Assembly: GCA_040285825.1 (NCBI GenBank)
Contig: JAUPSS010000004.1
Span: 3,665,658 to 3,729,657, forward strand
DNA from: Eukaryota sp. TZLM1-RC
Lineage: Eukaryota > Protista > Metamonada: BaSk clade
Length of the DNA stretch: 64,000 nucleotides
Reading direction: 5' to 3'
The notes beneath the pieces were generated by a model. It was not told where the DNA came from. It worked only from the letters and a program-made list of their open reading frames with translations, and did not search any database. The position numbers and the translations under genes were made by a program. Shown here piece by piece: positions 1-11,853 of the stretch; position 1 is the stretch's first letter, and every line of letters starts with the position of its first letter.

Positions 1-1303
1 GACACCATTTTAAAAATTGACGAGATTAAAAACACTAAACTTTATGCATAAAATTCCAAGTACATCATGTCTAGTATCGAGACTGATGGAATAGCAGTAT
101 CATTCATTCAATTTAGAATGGACTTGAAAAAGTACAAAGTAACTGCAAAAGAATTAAAAGATAAAGAAAAATATATTGATGATCCCAGCATCAATCCTTC
201 TGAATTTCAAGCTATGACCCTTGCTGCTGCTGATCCAGGAAAATCTGATCTACTCTATTTTTCTGCCAATTTAGCTACTGGAATGACTCATTCAAAAAAA
301 ACCTGAGAGAGATAAATACGTTCATTTCAGGTACACTCAAAATCAACGAAGATTTGAGTCGAAAAGTTCCAAATTCAAAAGAATAAGAGACAGCATACGC
401 AATGACACTCTTATCACAATAAGTAACTCCACTGGTAGAGTGATTGATCTATCCAATTATGAACCATCTGAAGAACAACAACAAAGAATGGATTTAAACA
501 GCAGTATAATTAATCAAATGACTGAAAGAACAATTAGTTTATTAAGAGGTGAAGTGCCTCAAGAAATCAATATTCCTCACGAAATTGATTACTCATTCAA
601 TTTGAGAAATAATGATCACACGACTAAATCTGTAGCAGAATGGGAGGCAACATTATCCCAATTCAATTCCAAAAGCTGCAGGTTTGATAGATTTATGGAG
701 TACATCAAACAAAAGAATTTTGTGAATAGTATCGTTGGTCAAGTCTATCATCAAAAAATATTTAGGAAACTAAGATGGTGGACTGAGATTAATCGCACAA
801 GATCCGAGGCAAAAATGATCCAAAGATTCAAATCTGTAATTGGTGATCCCAGCCAAGTAGTTATTGGAATCGGAGACTGGGAACAACGAAAACACATGAA
901 ATTCAAAGAACCTACCAAGGGAAAAGGTTTGAGAATTCTATTTAAAAAGGCTGGTTATAAGGTCTTTTTGATTGATGAGTTTCGAACCAGTTGCTGTTGT
1001 TTCAACTGTAAGAGAGCGGAGAAGACAGTTGAAACATTCAGATGGTGCAGAAATCCTAGGCCATGGAAGAGGCATGAGATGTCTATTCGTCACGGGCTTA
1101 CCATGTGTAAATCATGCGAAAGTTTGTGGAATAGAGATCGAAATGCTTCGTTGAATATGTTGGCAGTGATGGAAGCACATGTAAATGGTGGAGATAGACC
1201 GGAATACCTGCAGAGAGTCAAGGTTGGGGGAGGCTCAAAGAAAAAGGTATTGAGAAGAAAATCTTCCACTTCCCAAAAACTCAGTCCCTCTACATCGGTG
1301 TAA
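1..1303 (+). mobile_element. Fanzor1 (TnpB/Cas12-like RNA-guided nuclease) ORF, family A copy 1; 5' part lies outside the window; one frameshift in an A-run at ~294-301
   Basis: ORFs 67..306 and 440..1303 join into a protein nearly identical to 18153..19535. RuvC-I AADPGKSDL, GIGDW, rearranged RuvC-II IDEFRTS, zinc finger CFNC/CKSC, RuvC-III WNRDRNASLNM, basic C-terminal tail. Eight A's here versus AAAGAAA in copy 2. Confidence 0.9.
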
Positions 1304-1346
1304 AAAGGACACTTATTTATTGTTATAGACAATATCTGTTTCAATG
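1255..1346 (+). ncRNA. Fanzor family A 3' end / putative omegaRNA scaffold, ending at the ATG of the Hsp70-like gene
   Basis: AGAAAATCTTCCAC...CAGTCCCTCTACATCGGTGTAAAAAGGACACTTATTTATTGTTATAGACAATATCTGTTTCAATG, repeated five times in the window; overlaps the Fanzor stop codon as omegaRNAs typically do. RNA function is inferred. Confidence 0.65.
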
Positions 1347-2351
1347 GTTTCAGTTTGTCTCGGATCTTCAACATGTTATTGTGCTTATAAACATCCAGAC
1401 ACTGGTCGTGTTCACTTAATACCAGATCAAAATTCAGGTGCACCAGGTTTTTCTCTACTCGTTTTACGTTCCAATGACTCTATGTATGACTCTTATGTAT
1501 CAATTGACACTCAATCTTCAGAGAATGCGTTGGACATGTGTTGTGGTGAATCTGATAACAAGAAAATGCTTATTTTTGTTCCAATTATCAAACGCTTGTA
1601 CAACAGCATTTCCAACTTTATAGATTTACGCTACGAGCCAGTGTACATCACCTTTTCTAATGGTATTAAGCAGATTTTGGGTGAACCACTGCTAAAACGC
1701 CTCTTTTCGCAAGTTTTTCCAACATACTCATTACGACTAGAATCTGAATGTATTGCCTCTACATATCAACATTTCAGAGGCCTTGCTGGCCATGCCAAAT
1801 ATCTTGTTTTTGATTGGGGTTATAGGGATTTAAAGTTTTCTGTTGTGGATTTCAATTTATTTGGAAAACGTGAATCTTATTCTGTGAATCATTCTTATTT
1901 AAGTGGATCATTCCTACTTGGTCATTTGGTTGATCATTTCTGCAAGGTTTTTGACACAATGTTTCAATCAAACATCATTGATTACCCACAAGCAGTTCAG
2001 AGGATCAGGAAAAGTTGCAGTGAACTGGTCAAGGGGCTTTCCAGAAGACCAAAAGTTTGTATTACCTTGGATTCGCTCTTGCCAGGCAAAGATTTTGATT
2101 TGAAAATGACCAGAAAGAAGTTTAATGAACTATTCTTTGATTTTTTCACAAATATGGCAAATGAGCTAGGATTATTAATACTGGAGTACAACATTAGACA
2201 TATGTTGATAGCTGGAGGTTTTTCTAATCTGTTGATTGGCCCATCACCCTGTGTTTTGCTTCTTAATCAAATTCACGACTTGTGTCCTATTGAAGTGCTT
2301 GACTTTGAAAACCCAGAAACCATATTAGCACAGGGAGCAGTTTTGATGTAA
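1344..2351 (+). CDS. Divergent Hsp70-family protein, nucleotide-binding domain only
   Basis: YLVFDWG, LSGSFLLGHLVDHF, AVQRIRKSC, ITLDSLLPGKDFDLKMTRKKFNEL, IAGGFS and NPETILAQGA are colinear with the Hsp70 NBD; no substrate-binding domain. Confidence 0.8.
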   Translation: MVSVCLGSSTCYCAYKHPDTGRVHLIPDQNSGAPGFSLLVLRSNDSMYDSYVSIDTQSSENALDMCCGESDNKKMLIFVPIIKRLYNSISNFIDLRYEPVYITFSNGIKQILGEPLLKRLFSQVFPTYSLRLESECIASTYQHFRGLAGHAKYLVFDWGYRDLKFSVVDFNLFGKRESYSVNHSYLSGSFLLGHLVDHFCKVFDTMFQSNIIDYPQAVQRIRKSCSELVKGLSRRPKVCITLDSLLPGKDFDLKMTRKKFNELFFDFFTNMANELGLLILEYNIRHMLIAGGFSNLLIGPSPCVLLLNQIHDLCPIEVLDFENPETILAQGAVLM

Positions 2352-2399
2352 ATTATTCATGATTTTCAAATTTGTAAATATATTCATAAATACAGTGTT

Positions 2400-5300
2400 C
2401 TCTCTGTTATTGCACAATTTTCCAAAAACAACACTCTTTTGTTGTACTGTGGACAATTAGTCTAGTATAGACTTCACTAGTGACGGCCTTTATTAGGGAC
2501 AGTGAAATTGAACAAATTGAATATCTTTATCTTTTATCTCTATTCTGTACAATGTCTAACCATACAGCATCATTAATGGCTCCGGCCAAGACATTAACCG
2601 TAACCCTCCTTCTCAGGAGAGTAATCCTTCTTTCGAGAAGAGTAATCCTTCCTTCGGGAAGAGTAATCCTCCTAAGGAGAGTGAGCTTTCCGCTGAGAAG
2701 AGCTTTGCCTCTCGGAAAGAAAGTCACCTCCCCAATAAGGAAAGTGAACTTCACACTGAGGAGAGCCCAATCTTTCAGAAAGGAAGTGGCCTCCCTAATA
2801 AGCAGAATGGTAATCACGTTGCTGATGTGACAGAACTGTACACATACCCCAACAACTCCTCGGAGCTCCTTCCTTGTAGGAAGAGTTTTCTCACTCCGAG
2901 TGAGCAACGGAGATTCAAAGCGTTTGTTGTAAGTAACAAATCTAACGCTTGTACAGAAGGTGAATGAGGCGAAGGCGAGCAACAGTCTACGACTAGTTCC
3001 TCACGTAAAACTCCCTCCTCACCCACTTCTGACATCAGCTCAAGTGAGGAACCTCTAAGTGATTCCAAAGGATCTCATAATCAGAACAACAGCAGGAGAG
3101 GGGATGAGAGCGATGATGAACCACCTAATACACCCAATCCTTCTAATCCAACTCCTAGTTTTCCATCTACGGAAAGGACTTCTCAGGGTCTTTACCGAAG
3201 GAAACTAGCAAAGGCAGTTGAGGCTGTAACTAGAGAGTTCCTATTGGACCTCATCGCCAATCCTCCTGATGATGTAATGGATTGGAGTGATGAAGAATTA
3301 TTAAAAATGGCTGAGAATGAGTCAGAACGTCTTTCGGGAGACGTAGACCCAGCCGAATGTGAGAAGGTCCGACGTGACTATATAGCGAAACGTTGGCCCT
3401 TCCTCTTTGGGGAAGCCCACGGCAAAACACTTGACGATGTCGTCTACGAGAGTTATGATCAAAGTCCAAATCTTTTAAAGAGATTGGATGATCTTACTGA
3501 TTCGGCAGTCTCGTGTGGGATGAGTGCAGTCGAGGATTGCTATTTTAGCGCACCTCGTTCAAAGTATCAAGCTGTTACTCCCAGGCCTGTCAAATGGCAT
3601 AGGGATGCAATTGATGACTACAAAATATATTTCAGTGGAAATCAAGAAGCTTACGACAGACTATTTTGGATAGCTAAAAGGTATCCTCATAATCAACAAG
3701 GTAGAAACCTTAGAGGCGTCGTAAGGCATTTCCTAGTGGAGAACGTACACCCACAAGATTCCATTTCGGACATTTTTATTATGCTTGGGGGCAGATTCGA
3801 TGAATCTCGAGGTGACACCCTTCAATTTCATACCAAAGAGTCCTACATTAGAGAAATAGGCAGAAGGGTAATTGAATTGAAAGAGCAGCGTGTTGGCCCT
3901 AACAAGTTAAAATCAGTATATCCTGATGCATGGTTAGCTAAACTTAAGGCATGGGTTGATAGCTGGCCCGACCAAAATGTTTTTGAGAATGTCTTAATAG
4001 AGAGCAGTTGCCTTCCATATGATCATAAACTAGCAGGGGTCCCTAGAGGATCTAAAGATGCACCAGATTGGGTGGATTTAAGGACACCAGCCCAGACTGT
4101 ACCTGTGCAGGAGGAACCTCCTAAGACAAGATTTATCATTAAGTTGGGCGAAACATTGCCTTCAGAAGAGAGGAATATGAACCTATTTAGTACACCTTCT
4201 GTAGGGCCTCTGGCATCTAGGAGAGCTTCTTGTGAAGCAACTCCTACACAAGCATCTGTTATAAAATCATCTATACCCACGCAACCCCTAGGAACGAATG
4301 CTCCTAGAGATTCTTTCCTCGACACCCTCGGTCTTTATAGAACTCCTGTAACAGACGAGGAGAAATTGAGGAAAAGAATAGACGACAAACTTAGATGCCT
4401 AGTTAAATTAAATGAAGCGTTTGACGCCAAGAAGATCTTCGACTTCGTTCTTAACTTTGGCAATTGGGCTAAAACAGTTAGGGATCGCGATGGACCCAAC
4501 AGAGCATTTACGCCGATCACCAAATACGGTCAACCTGTTCATCAGTACGACTTCGTTAGATCTATGTTCTTCGAAGTGGACCCTTTGTATTTGAGATTTA
4601 TGATCGAGGGTAAGGTCATCGCAGAATGGCAGAGTTTTTATGGAGGCCGAACAAACGTGTTAGGCAACAACCAATCTGACGCCGAAATCTATTTAAAATA
4701 TTATTTATTATTTATTTATTTATTTTTATTTATTTATTTATTATTAGGAATATTTGCTACTCAGCACCCAGTACAAATACCCTACCGATGTTGAGAAGGC
4801 TTTAAGGTCTGTAAGACCACCTGAAATCAGTCGCAGAATGACTGCTGAATCTTCATGGACAGCCTTCATAGAGCAGATCATATATATAATTCGACGCTCT
4901 ACAATTATGCCCGGAACGGATGGTAATCCGTCTGTCGTCTACCCAGCAAAGAGATTTCTCGAAACTATTAACGACAAAACAAACAATCAATTGATGGACA
5001 CATATATCATTTGGATTGGTAAGTTTGATTCGAGTAACGAGAAACTGGGCGATGCGATTTACGATTTAGGTAACGCATTTGTCAATAAGGTCAACAGCCT
5101 TGAATCCTCGATCAAAGACATGAATTTGATAAGAACAGCTTTTGGTGCTCACGCTCCTGCGCAAAAAGGACGCAGCCAGTCAAAAGGTCCTTTTGAGAAC
5201 CCTAGAGTAAGCAGTCGACCCATCCCTTCAGAGCAATGGTGTAGCTTATGCAAAACCAATAAACATCCTGAAGAGAAATGTTTTAAATTAGTGGGAAGAC

Positions 5301-8300
5301 CAGGTTCAAAAAGGCGTCAAGGAGATGAAAAACGTGATAGAAAACGTAAAAGTAGTGGTAATAAATCAGATGATTATACATCTTTTAACAATAACTTTAC
5401 AAATAATTCAATCAAATCCATTTATAAAATGAGCAAAACAGATTCGAATTATAATCACCTAAATCCTTAAAAATATTTAGAGAGTCATCCAATCCTGTGA
5501 GTTCTATCCACATTGTTAGACTATCCAGGGTAGCAGAGGACCAAGAAAGTTCTAACGGGGAACTTTGGTTAACCTGCACCATAAATAACGTGGAAGTACA
5601 AGGCGAAATTGATAATTGAGCTGCATTTTCCGCATTATCAATGGATTTAGCCTCTAAATGTAATATGACAGTTAATGACAATAAGAATGTCGAATACTTA
5701 TCGGCAAATGGTATTCGCTCCACGACCCTGGGATGTGCAAGTGTGGCATTCTTGCTCTAAATGTGGGTAGCTTGGCCACTCAAATGTTTTTAAGGATCGA
5801 ATTCCAGATCATTCCTGGTACCAACAATTTTTTGTTTGGAAGAGACTTATACCAAACCTTGGGGCTACGCACGGAGCACGGTTTTAATATTAATTTGGAT
5901 CGCGAACACCGCACCATCTTAAATGCTGAATGTGAGTTTGATAATAGAATTTGTCAACCAATTAGATTCATAGAACAATTGAGTAATAAATCAGACTTAG
6001 GTAATGATGTTGGGCATTCCACATTTAGCCATGAGTTAGATGAGTTGGGCTGTAGAATATGCCTGGATGACATTAGGGACGAGGAATGTCTAGTCGTGCT
6101 ACTCGAAAAATATAGAAATGTATTGAGTGGGCTACCTCACCCGGATGGAATTAATTGTCAGCCGATGACCATTTCATTTTATGACGAAAGTAAGGTCGTC
6201 AAAAGGAAACCTCGAAGATTAAACCCAGAAAAACAACGGGTAACCGAGGGAATTTTCAACGAATTGATCCGTAATAGATTTGCTGTGTCCGCAAAGTCTC
6301 AATTCAGTAGTCCCATCTGTCTTGTGATTTATTCTGATCACAGGAAACCACGATTAACTGGCGATTTTAGTGTTATTGGTGGAGTAAATGATTTAACTAA
6401 ACCTGTAGAGGCAAATTTGCCCAGGATTAGCGACATTTTGAAAGTTTCTAAGTAAAGCTAATTATATAGCAACTCTAGATTTACCTAAGGCATTATGGCA
6501 GCTCAAAATTGCAGAGGAGGATATTGATAAAACTACCGTATCAATTCCCGGGATGTCGATCAATTTTAAAAGGGCTTGTTTTGGTTTGAAGAACGTTCTT
6601 GCAGTCTTCCAAAACATGATGATGGAAATATTTGATTCTAAGGGCGTATTTATTTATATCGATGATATAATAATAGTAGCTTCGACCCTGGATGAATTTC
6701 TATCTAGAGTAGATACGCTCCTAGAACGCGCCAAACGTTTGAGAGTTAACCTTGGCCTACCCAAGTGTTGCTTTACCACTTGCAAACATGAAATAAAAAT
6801 TCTAGGTAGTATTTTTGTAAACAAAACCCGTTATATAGATGAATCTAGGATTGAGGGACTGATCAACCTACCCAAACCCAGGACATTACCTGAAGTTAGG
6901 AGTTTTATAGGATCGATCAATTATATACGTGACTGGTTGCCAAATTTGTCTGACTTGATAGAACCAATCAACAAATTAACCAGAAACAAACCGTCAAAAA
7001 TCAAGTGGACTCCTGATCATGACGAGGCTTTTGGTAAGATTATAAATCTTATCAAAGCAAATATCCCTCTTGAATTGCCCTCAGAAGACAAGTATATTTT
7101 AATAAGTGCTGACGCGTCCGATGTGGCTGTAGGTGGAGTAATATGGCAAGAAGCTAACCCACCTAAAGATCCTACGACACCGCTAATTAAGAGAAAGGTT
7201 GTACCTATTGCCTTCTTTAGCAGATTATTATCAACTTCACAAAAGAATTGGTCTGTACTTCAGAAAGAGTTGTATGCAATTTTACTAATTCTCACTGACA
7301 GTAGTTTAGAAAATTATTTAATTTCGAGGAAATTAACTATTTTCACTGATCATAGAAATTTAGCATACCTCATATCAGCTCCTGAAAAGAACAGAATCGT
7401 GAAGAGGTGGCTACCAGTATTGTCAGAATTCAATTTTGATGTAGTCCACACTGCAGGCGAGGAGAATTATTGGGTAGACATGTTGTCTAGATTGGTTGAC
7501 ACCAAATCCAAAACTCCTCGAGTCCAACAAGTGAGAAACTTGGCACCTCACAGAGTTGAAGAACAATTACCCTATTTAAATTTATTAACTAGAGTTAATT
7601 TGTTAAGGGATGATATTACTCAACCACAATTGAGCTACCCACGATCAATGGCTTATCTGCACTGAAAGAAGCAGTTGATGATACTAAATTTGATTTATTT
7701 TACTCTTGGATCTCAAAGATTAGGCAAGAACAACTTATAGATGTTGATTCAAATCCTGATTATTTTAAAAATTACAATTATGATTCAGATATTCAATTGT
7801 ATACCAACAATCGTGGGAAGATTGTCATCCCAGATAGTTTAAAGAAGCAGACTTTAACTATCATTCATGGACATGCAAATGTTGGCCATCCTAGTGTGAC
7901 GACTAGCGTAAAGAAATTACTCAATAGTGATTACTTTTGGCCCGACATGCGCAAAGACATGATTAATCATATTAAGAGATGCCCAACTTGTCAAAAGACG
8001 GCACATGTGCCTAAAAGTGTCATTGAATCATCTGGCTCTCTTTGGGCTGATCGACCTTTTGCACGATTAAACGCAGACACTATTGGACCATTAAAACAAG
8101 ATGATAATGGATTCAAATATTTAATAGTTTTTGTAGATTCGTTCACTAGATATACGATCATTTGCCCTGTAAAGAAATTCAATGCAGTGGAGGCAACCAA
8201 TCACCTCCTATGGAGTGTAGTATCAATTTTTGGTATCCCACTGTTGATTCATAGTGACAATGGTATTGAATTTGCAAATGCCATATTCAAAGGGTTATGC

Positions 8301-9125
8301 GATTTATTAAACATTGAAGTAAGTCATTCACTAACTAGCTTTTCACAAAGGAATGGTTTAGTAAAAAGACGACACAGAGACATTTTACAAAGTCTAAGAA
8401 AGATTTTGGTGGACTCTGGCGATTATAGCAATTGGAGTGAATATATCCCAATTGTACAACTTCAAATCAATTCAACTATTAGTAGAGTTACTGGTCATTC
8501 GCCCTACAATTTAATGTTTGGTAGCGACCACAGCCCTAGAGCTGATCCTAGTAATATGTTTGTACTAATAAAATCAGCTAACGTTAATATTCCCTTTGTT
8601 AAAGATCTTGAAGCAAAACTTGAAAGGATTTCAAAGAAGAGAGGAGAGGCAGAGCTCAGGCAAGCTCAACAACTGCCTGAAGTTAACAAACATAGGAACC
8701 CTTTTAATAAAGGTGACTTAGTTTTGCGATTAAAGACTAATGGTAAACTCCATGGTTGCTTCGCTGCCCCTTTTCTCGTTGAAACAGTGAAATCCAATAA
8801 AAGTTTATTACTCAAGAATCTCGTCACTAATTCGATGTCCACGACAAGTATTAATCATTGTAAACTGAACCTTTCTGACTTCCCTAAAGAAGATATAGAT
8901 TGGCATAAGAACATTGCTGCCGGTGATATGGAAGAATCAGTAATTATTAAGGTTGTAGATCACTTCGATTTTATAGACTCGAATGACAATAAAATTCCTT
9001 ATTGCACCGCAGTTGGAATGCATTATTGCAAACAGTGTTCCAATAGACATGCCTTTAATAGAAGGGCGTTTTGTTTGTGTTGTGGTAAGTCAAACCATGT
9101 CATATGGGAGTGCTATTTTGCTTAG
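2400..9125 (+). mobile_element. Degenerate Ty3/Gypsy retrotransposon (gag-PR-RT-RH-IN) with stops and frameshifts; boundaries approximate
   Basis: Zinc knuckle CSLCKTNKHPEEKC, RT FIYIDD (6553..7665), RNase H ADASD, integrase HHCC plus ADTIG/SDNG (7797..9125); protease DSG motif mutated to DN*; homologous to the 41040-48511 element; no LTR pair found. Confidence 0.9.
4690..4746. repeat. (TTTA)n-like AT-only tract interrupting gag
   Basis: atttaaaatattatttattatttatttatttatttttatttatttatttattatta separates ORFs 3244..4794 and 4754..5470. Confidence 0.8.
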
Positions 9126-9308
9126 ATAATTGTGATACACAATATTATTTTTAATCTGTTTTAAATAATTAAACTCTTTGAATGGAGGATTTGAAGTAGC
9201 TTGATTATGAAGTCAGTATTTAAAGCAGTGTAAGGAAGGGGACATGTGTGTGAATTGAACTTCTGAATAGCAAAGGCTGTATTGTTGAAGGTCTATGTGA
9301 CCATTAGG

Positions 9309-9400
9309 GAGAAAATCTTCCACTTAAAAAAACTAAGTCCCTCTACATCAGTGTAAAAAGGACACTTATTTCATTGTTATAGACAATAGCTGTAACAATG
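9309..9400 (+). ncRNA. Orphan Fanzor family A 3' end, ending at the ATG of the UBC-like/LRR gene
   Basis: About 90% identical by eye to 19488-19579; no Fanzor ORF upstream. Confidence 0.7.
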
Positions 9401-11746
9401 GAGGAGCTCAATATTCCTGGCATCACTATAGACAAGATCGATTCTTCATCTTTTCGAGTCAGCCTTTCGTTGACTGAGTTGGGCTACTCCAGTGCTTATT
9501 CGCCAACTAATATTGATGATTATATGCGTCTTTCCTTTTTTCCACCTCTACTTCATCTCAACTTAACCTTACCTGATTCTAATGCTCCTCCTGTTGTCCA
9601 CCTGGTTAATTGCGATGTACCTCTTCCCAGTAATCTCACATGGAATGGATCACTCTTTAACTATGGCAAATTGCTTCTTAATGTCTCCTTGTTTGACCCA
9701 ATACCAATCAAAGAGGTTTTAAACAGGAAATATAATGATTTTTCTGTCTCGTTAATCAAGAATTGCATTCTTAATTGGAAAGTTGATTTTAAATTTAACT
9801 GTACTGCAAATTTTTATTTTCAAGATCCATTTTTCAATATTCCTCCCCTAATTCAGTTTAAATCATCAATTAATCATCCTCGTGTTGATAAAAATGGATA
9901 CTTTCTGTTAAAAAGTTCCATTCCTACTTTCTCTTTCATCGATTATGTACAATATGTTTACGATTCTATTGCCAGTAAGGAATTGGAAAACTCTAAATTT
10001 AAACCATGCTTGAAGTTGAATAACGAATTAATTGCTTTGATAATTTCACATAATCTATTTCCAGAAAACAATGTATATTTATCAAAGTTACTACCAAGGC
10101 TGTTCACTTTTAGTGTAGTTTCAATTAACTTTCAAAAATTAGTTAAATCCAAACTAGTTATTGATAATTCCAAAAAAAATTCTATTAACTTGACTGTTTT
10201 CAATCCTTTTATTTTGGGATTATTATCGAATTCAAAGTTTTCATTAGCATTTAATTGTTCTTATAATCTTTTATTAAACAAAAATTATCCAGAATTGAAA
10301 ACTTTTATCCCAAATGTTACGTTTTCTGATTGTCCTGTTCATTTGGGAAGAATCAGTCCGTGTAATTATCTCTCCATTACGCATGGGTCAATATTACTTG
10401 ACTTTTACGGACTTTTTGATCTATCATTTGATTGTTTAAGACATTTGAATTTGGCAAATCTTTCAATTAGAGTCCTTAAATTCAGTAAAGGTTTAATTAA
10501 TTTGGAATCATTATGTATTGATTCGTGCAATTCTCTCACAACACTTGAACTTAATATAAAGTTTAGGAAACTTTTAAAATTTTCAGTTTCTTCATGTAAA
10601 TTTCTGTTAAGTATAAGTGATCCCTATTCTCTATTACCAAATATTCGTGAGCTTTATTATTCAGATTGTCAATTCTTAAATCATTTTGCTTCTTTTGGTA
10701 GCATCACCAACAGCAAATACAAAATTGAATCAATAGATGCTAAAAAAAGTCATTGCAGTTTTGATTTTGAATCTAAACATTTTATTGTAAAGTTTCTGGT
10801 ATTTAGGAATCAATTGTCCCACATTAACCTAAACAATTATTCACAGTTCTTTGGCTTAACAAGGTTTAGTATCACTTCTTTACAAAGTTGTCCAGAAAAT
10901 ATTTCACAATTGAAACTGATTGGGTTGAAGAAACTTCATGATTTGTCCTTTGTTACGAGTTTAAAGTATTTACAATCATTAACTATTGAAAACTGTCGCG
11001 AATTAACTATATTAGACTTGACAAATTTGGAATTTTTAACTGATTTTGAATTAATTAAATGTAAAAAAGTTCAAATCAGAGGCTTAACGACTTGTTTTAA
11101 TCTATTGAATCTTTCTGTTGTTGAATCTATTTTTAGGCCAAATATTTTGCATTTTATTAATCAAACGCTGTGTTTTCTTTCCATTAAATCAGTCCCAATG
11201 ATCAATTCCTGGGCTTGTAATCATGGTTTTCCAAATTTCAAGCTGTTGAAGTATCTTGTATTGGAAAATTGGGATTTAGACAGTTTGGATTGCTTTGGCT
11301 CATTGACACATGTCAGTGAGCTTTATTTGAGCTCTTTTCCCAACATGTCTTGTCTACAATTAAAGAATTTTCCAAATTTAAACGTCTTAAATCTTGATAG
11401 TCTTGCTCTCAATGAAATTAATGCTTTTAATACTTCATTGTCACAACTCAACATTACAAGGTGTTCAGTGAAGAGTTGGGATTGGCTGCTTGGTATTAAA
11501 AGCTTAATATCATTTACTATATCTGAATGTGACTCTTTATTAGATACTGATTGTTTTTGTTATCTATTTAAATTGAACGAATTAAATATTTCCGATTGTC
11601 CCCTATTAGTGTCCTTAAATGGTTTAAAATGTTTATCAAATTTGACTGAACTTGTTTTAAAAAATGTTGGTATTACCAGTTCCCAAGTTTCAGAATTTCA
11701 AACCATTAAAACCAATACGAATGTTCATTATATCCCTAATAAATAA
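9398..11746 (+). CDS. UBC-like (probably inactive E2) domain plus leucine-rich repeat protein
   Basis: PPLIQFKSSINHPRVDKNG resembles the E2 HPN region; many LxxLxLxxCxxL repeats in the C-terminal half. Confidence 0.75.
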   Translation: MEELNIPGITIDKIDSSSFRVSLSLTELGYSSAYSPTNIDDYMRLSFFPPLLHLNLTLPDSNAPPVVHLVNCDVPLPSNLTWNGSLFNYGKLLLNVSLFDPIPIKEVLNRKYNDFSVSLIKNCILNWKVDFKFNCTANFYFQDPFFNIPPLIQFKSSINHPRVDKNGYFLLKSSIPTFSFIDYVQYVYDSIASKELENSKFKPCLKLNNELIALIISHNLFPENNVYLSKLLPRLFTFSVVSINFQKLVKSKLVIDNSKKNSINLTVFNPFILGLLSNSKFSLAFNCSYNLLLNKNYPELKTFIPNVTFSDCPVHLGRISPCNYLSITHGSILLDFYGLFDLSFDCLRHLNLANLSIRVLKFSKGLINLESLCIDSCNSLTTLELNIKFRKLLKFSVSSCKFLLSISDPYSLLPNIRELYYSDCQFLNHFASFGSITNSKYKIESIDAKKSHCSFDFESKHFIVKFLVFRNQLSHINLNNYSQFFGLTRFSITSLQSCPENISQLKLIGLKKLHDLSFVTSLKYLQSLTIENCRELTILDLTNLEFLTDFELIKCKKVQIRGLTTCFNLLNLSVVESIFRPNILHFINQTLCFLSIKSVPMINSWACNHGFPNFKLLKYLVLENWDLDSLDCFGSLTHVSELYLSSFPNMSCLQLKNFPNLNVLNLDSLALNEINAFNTSLSQLNITRCSVKSWDWLLGIKSLISFTISECDSLLDTDCFCYLFKLNELNISDCPLLVSLNGLKCLSNLTELVLKNVGITSSQVSEFQTIKTNTNVHYIPNK

Positions 11747-11853
11747 TTAGAAAACAATAAATAAAATTTATTATTATTTAGATAAGGTCCAACCAAATCC
11801 AAATAAAAATTAGTTACAGTATTTACGATTTTTAATTTACAGTTTCAAGAGCA

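Noticed and set aside
2396-2530. 5' LTR of the first Gypsy element
   Set aside because: Only a weak ~20-nt resemblance to 9248-9270; no LTR pair or TSD can be supported.
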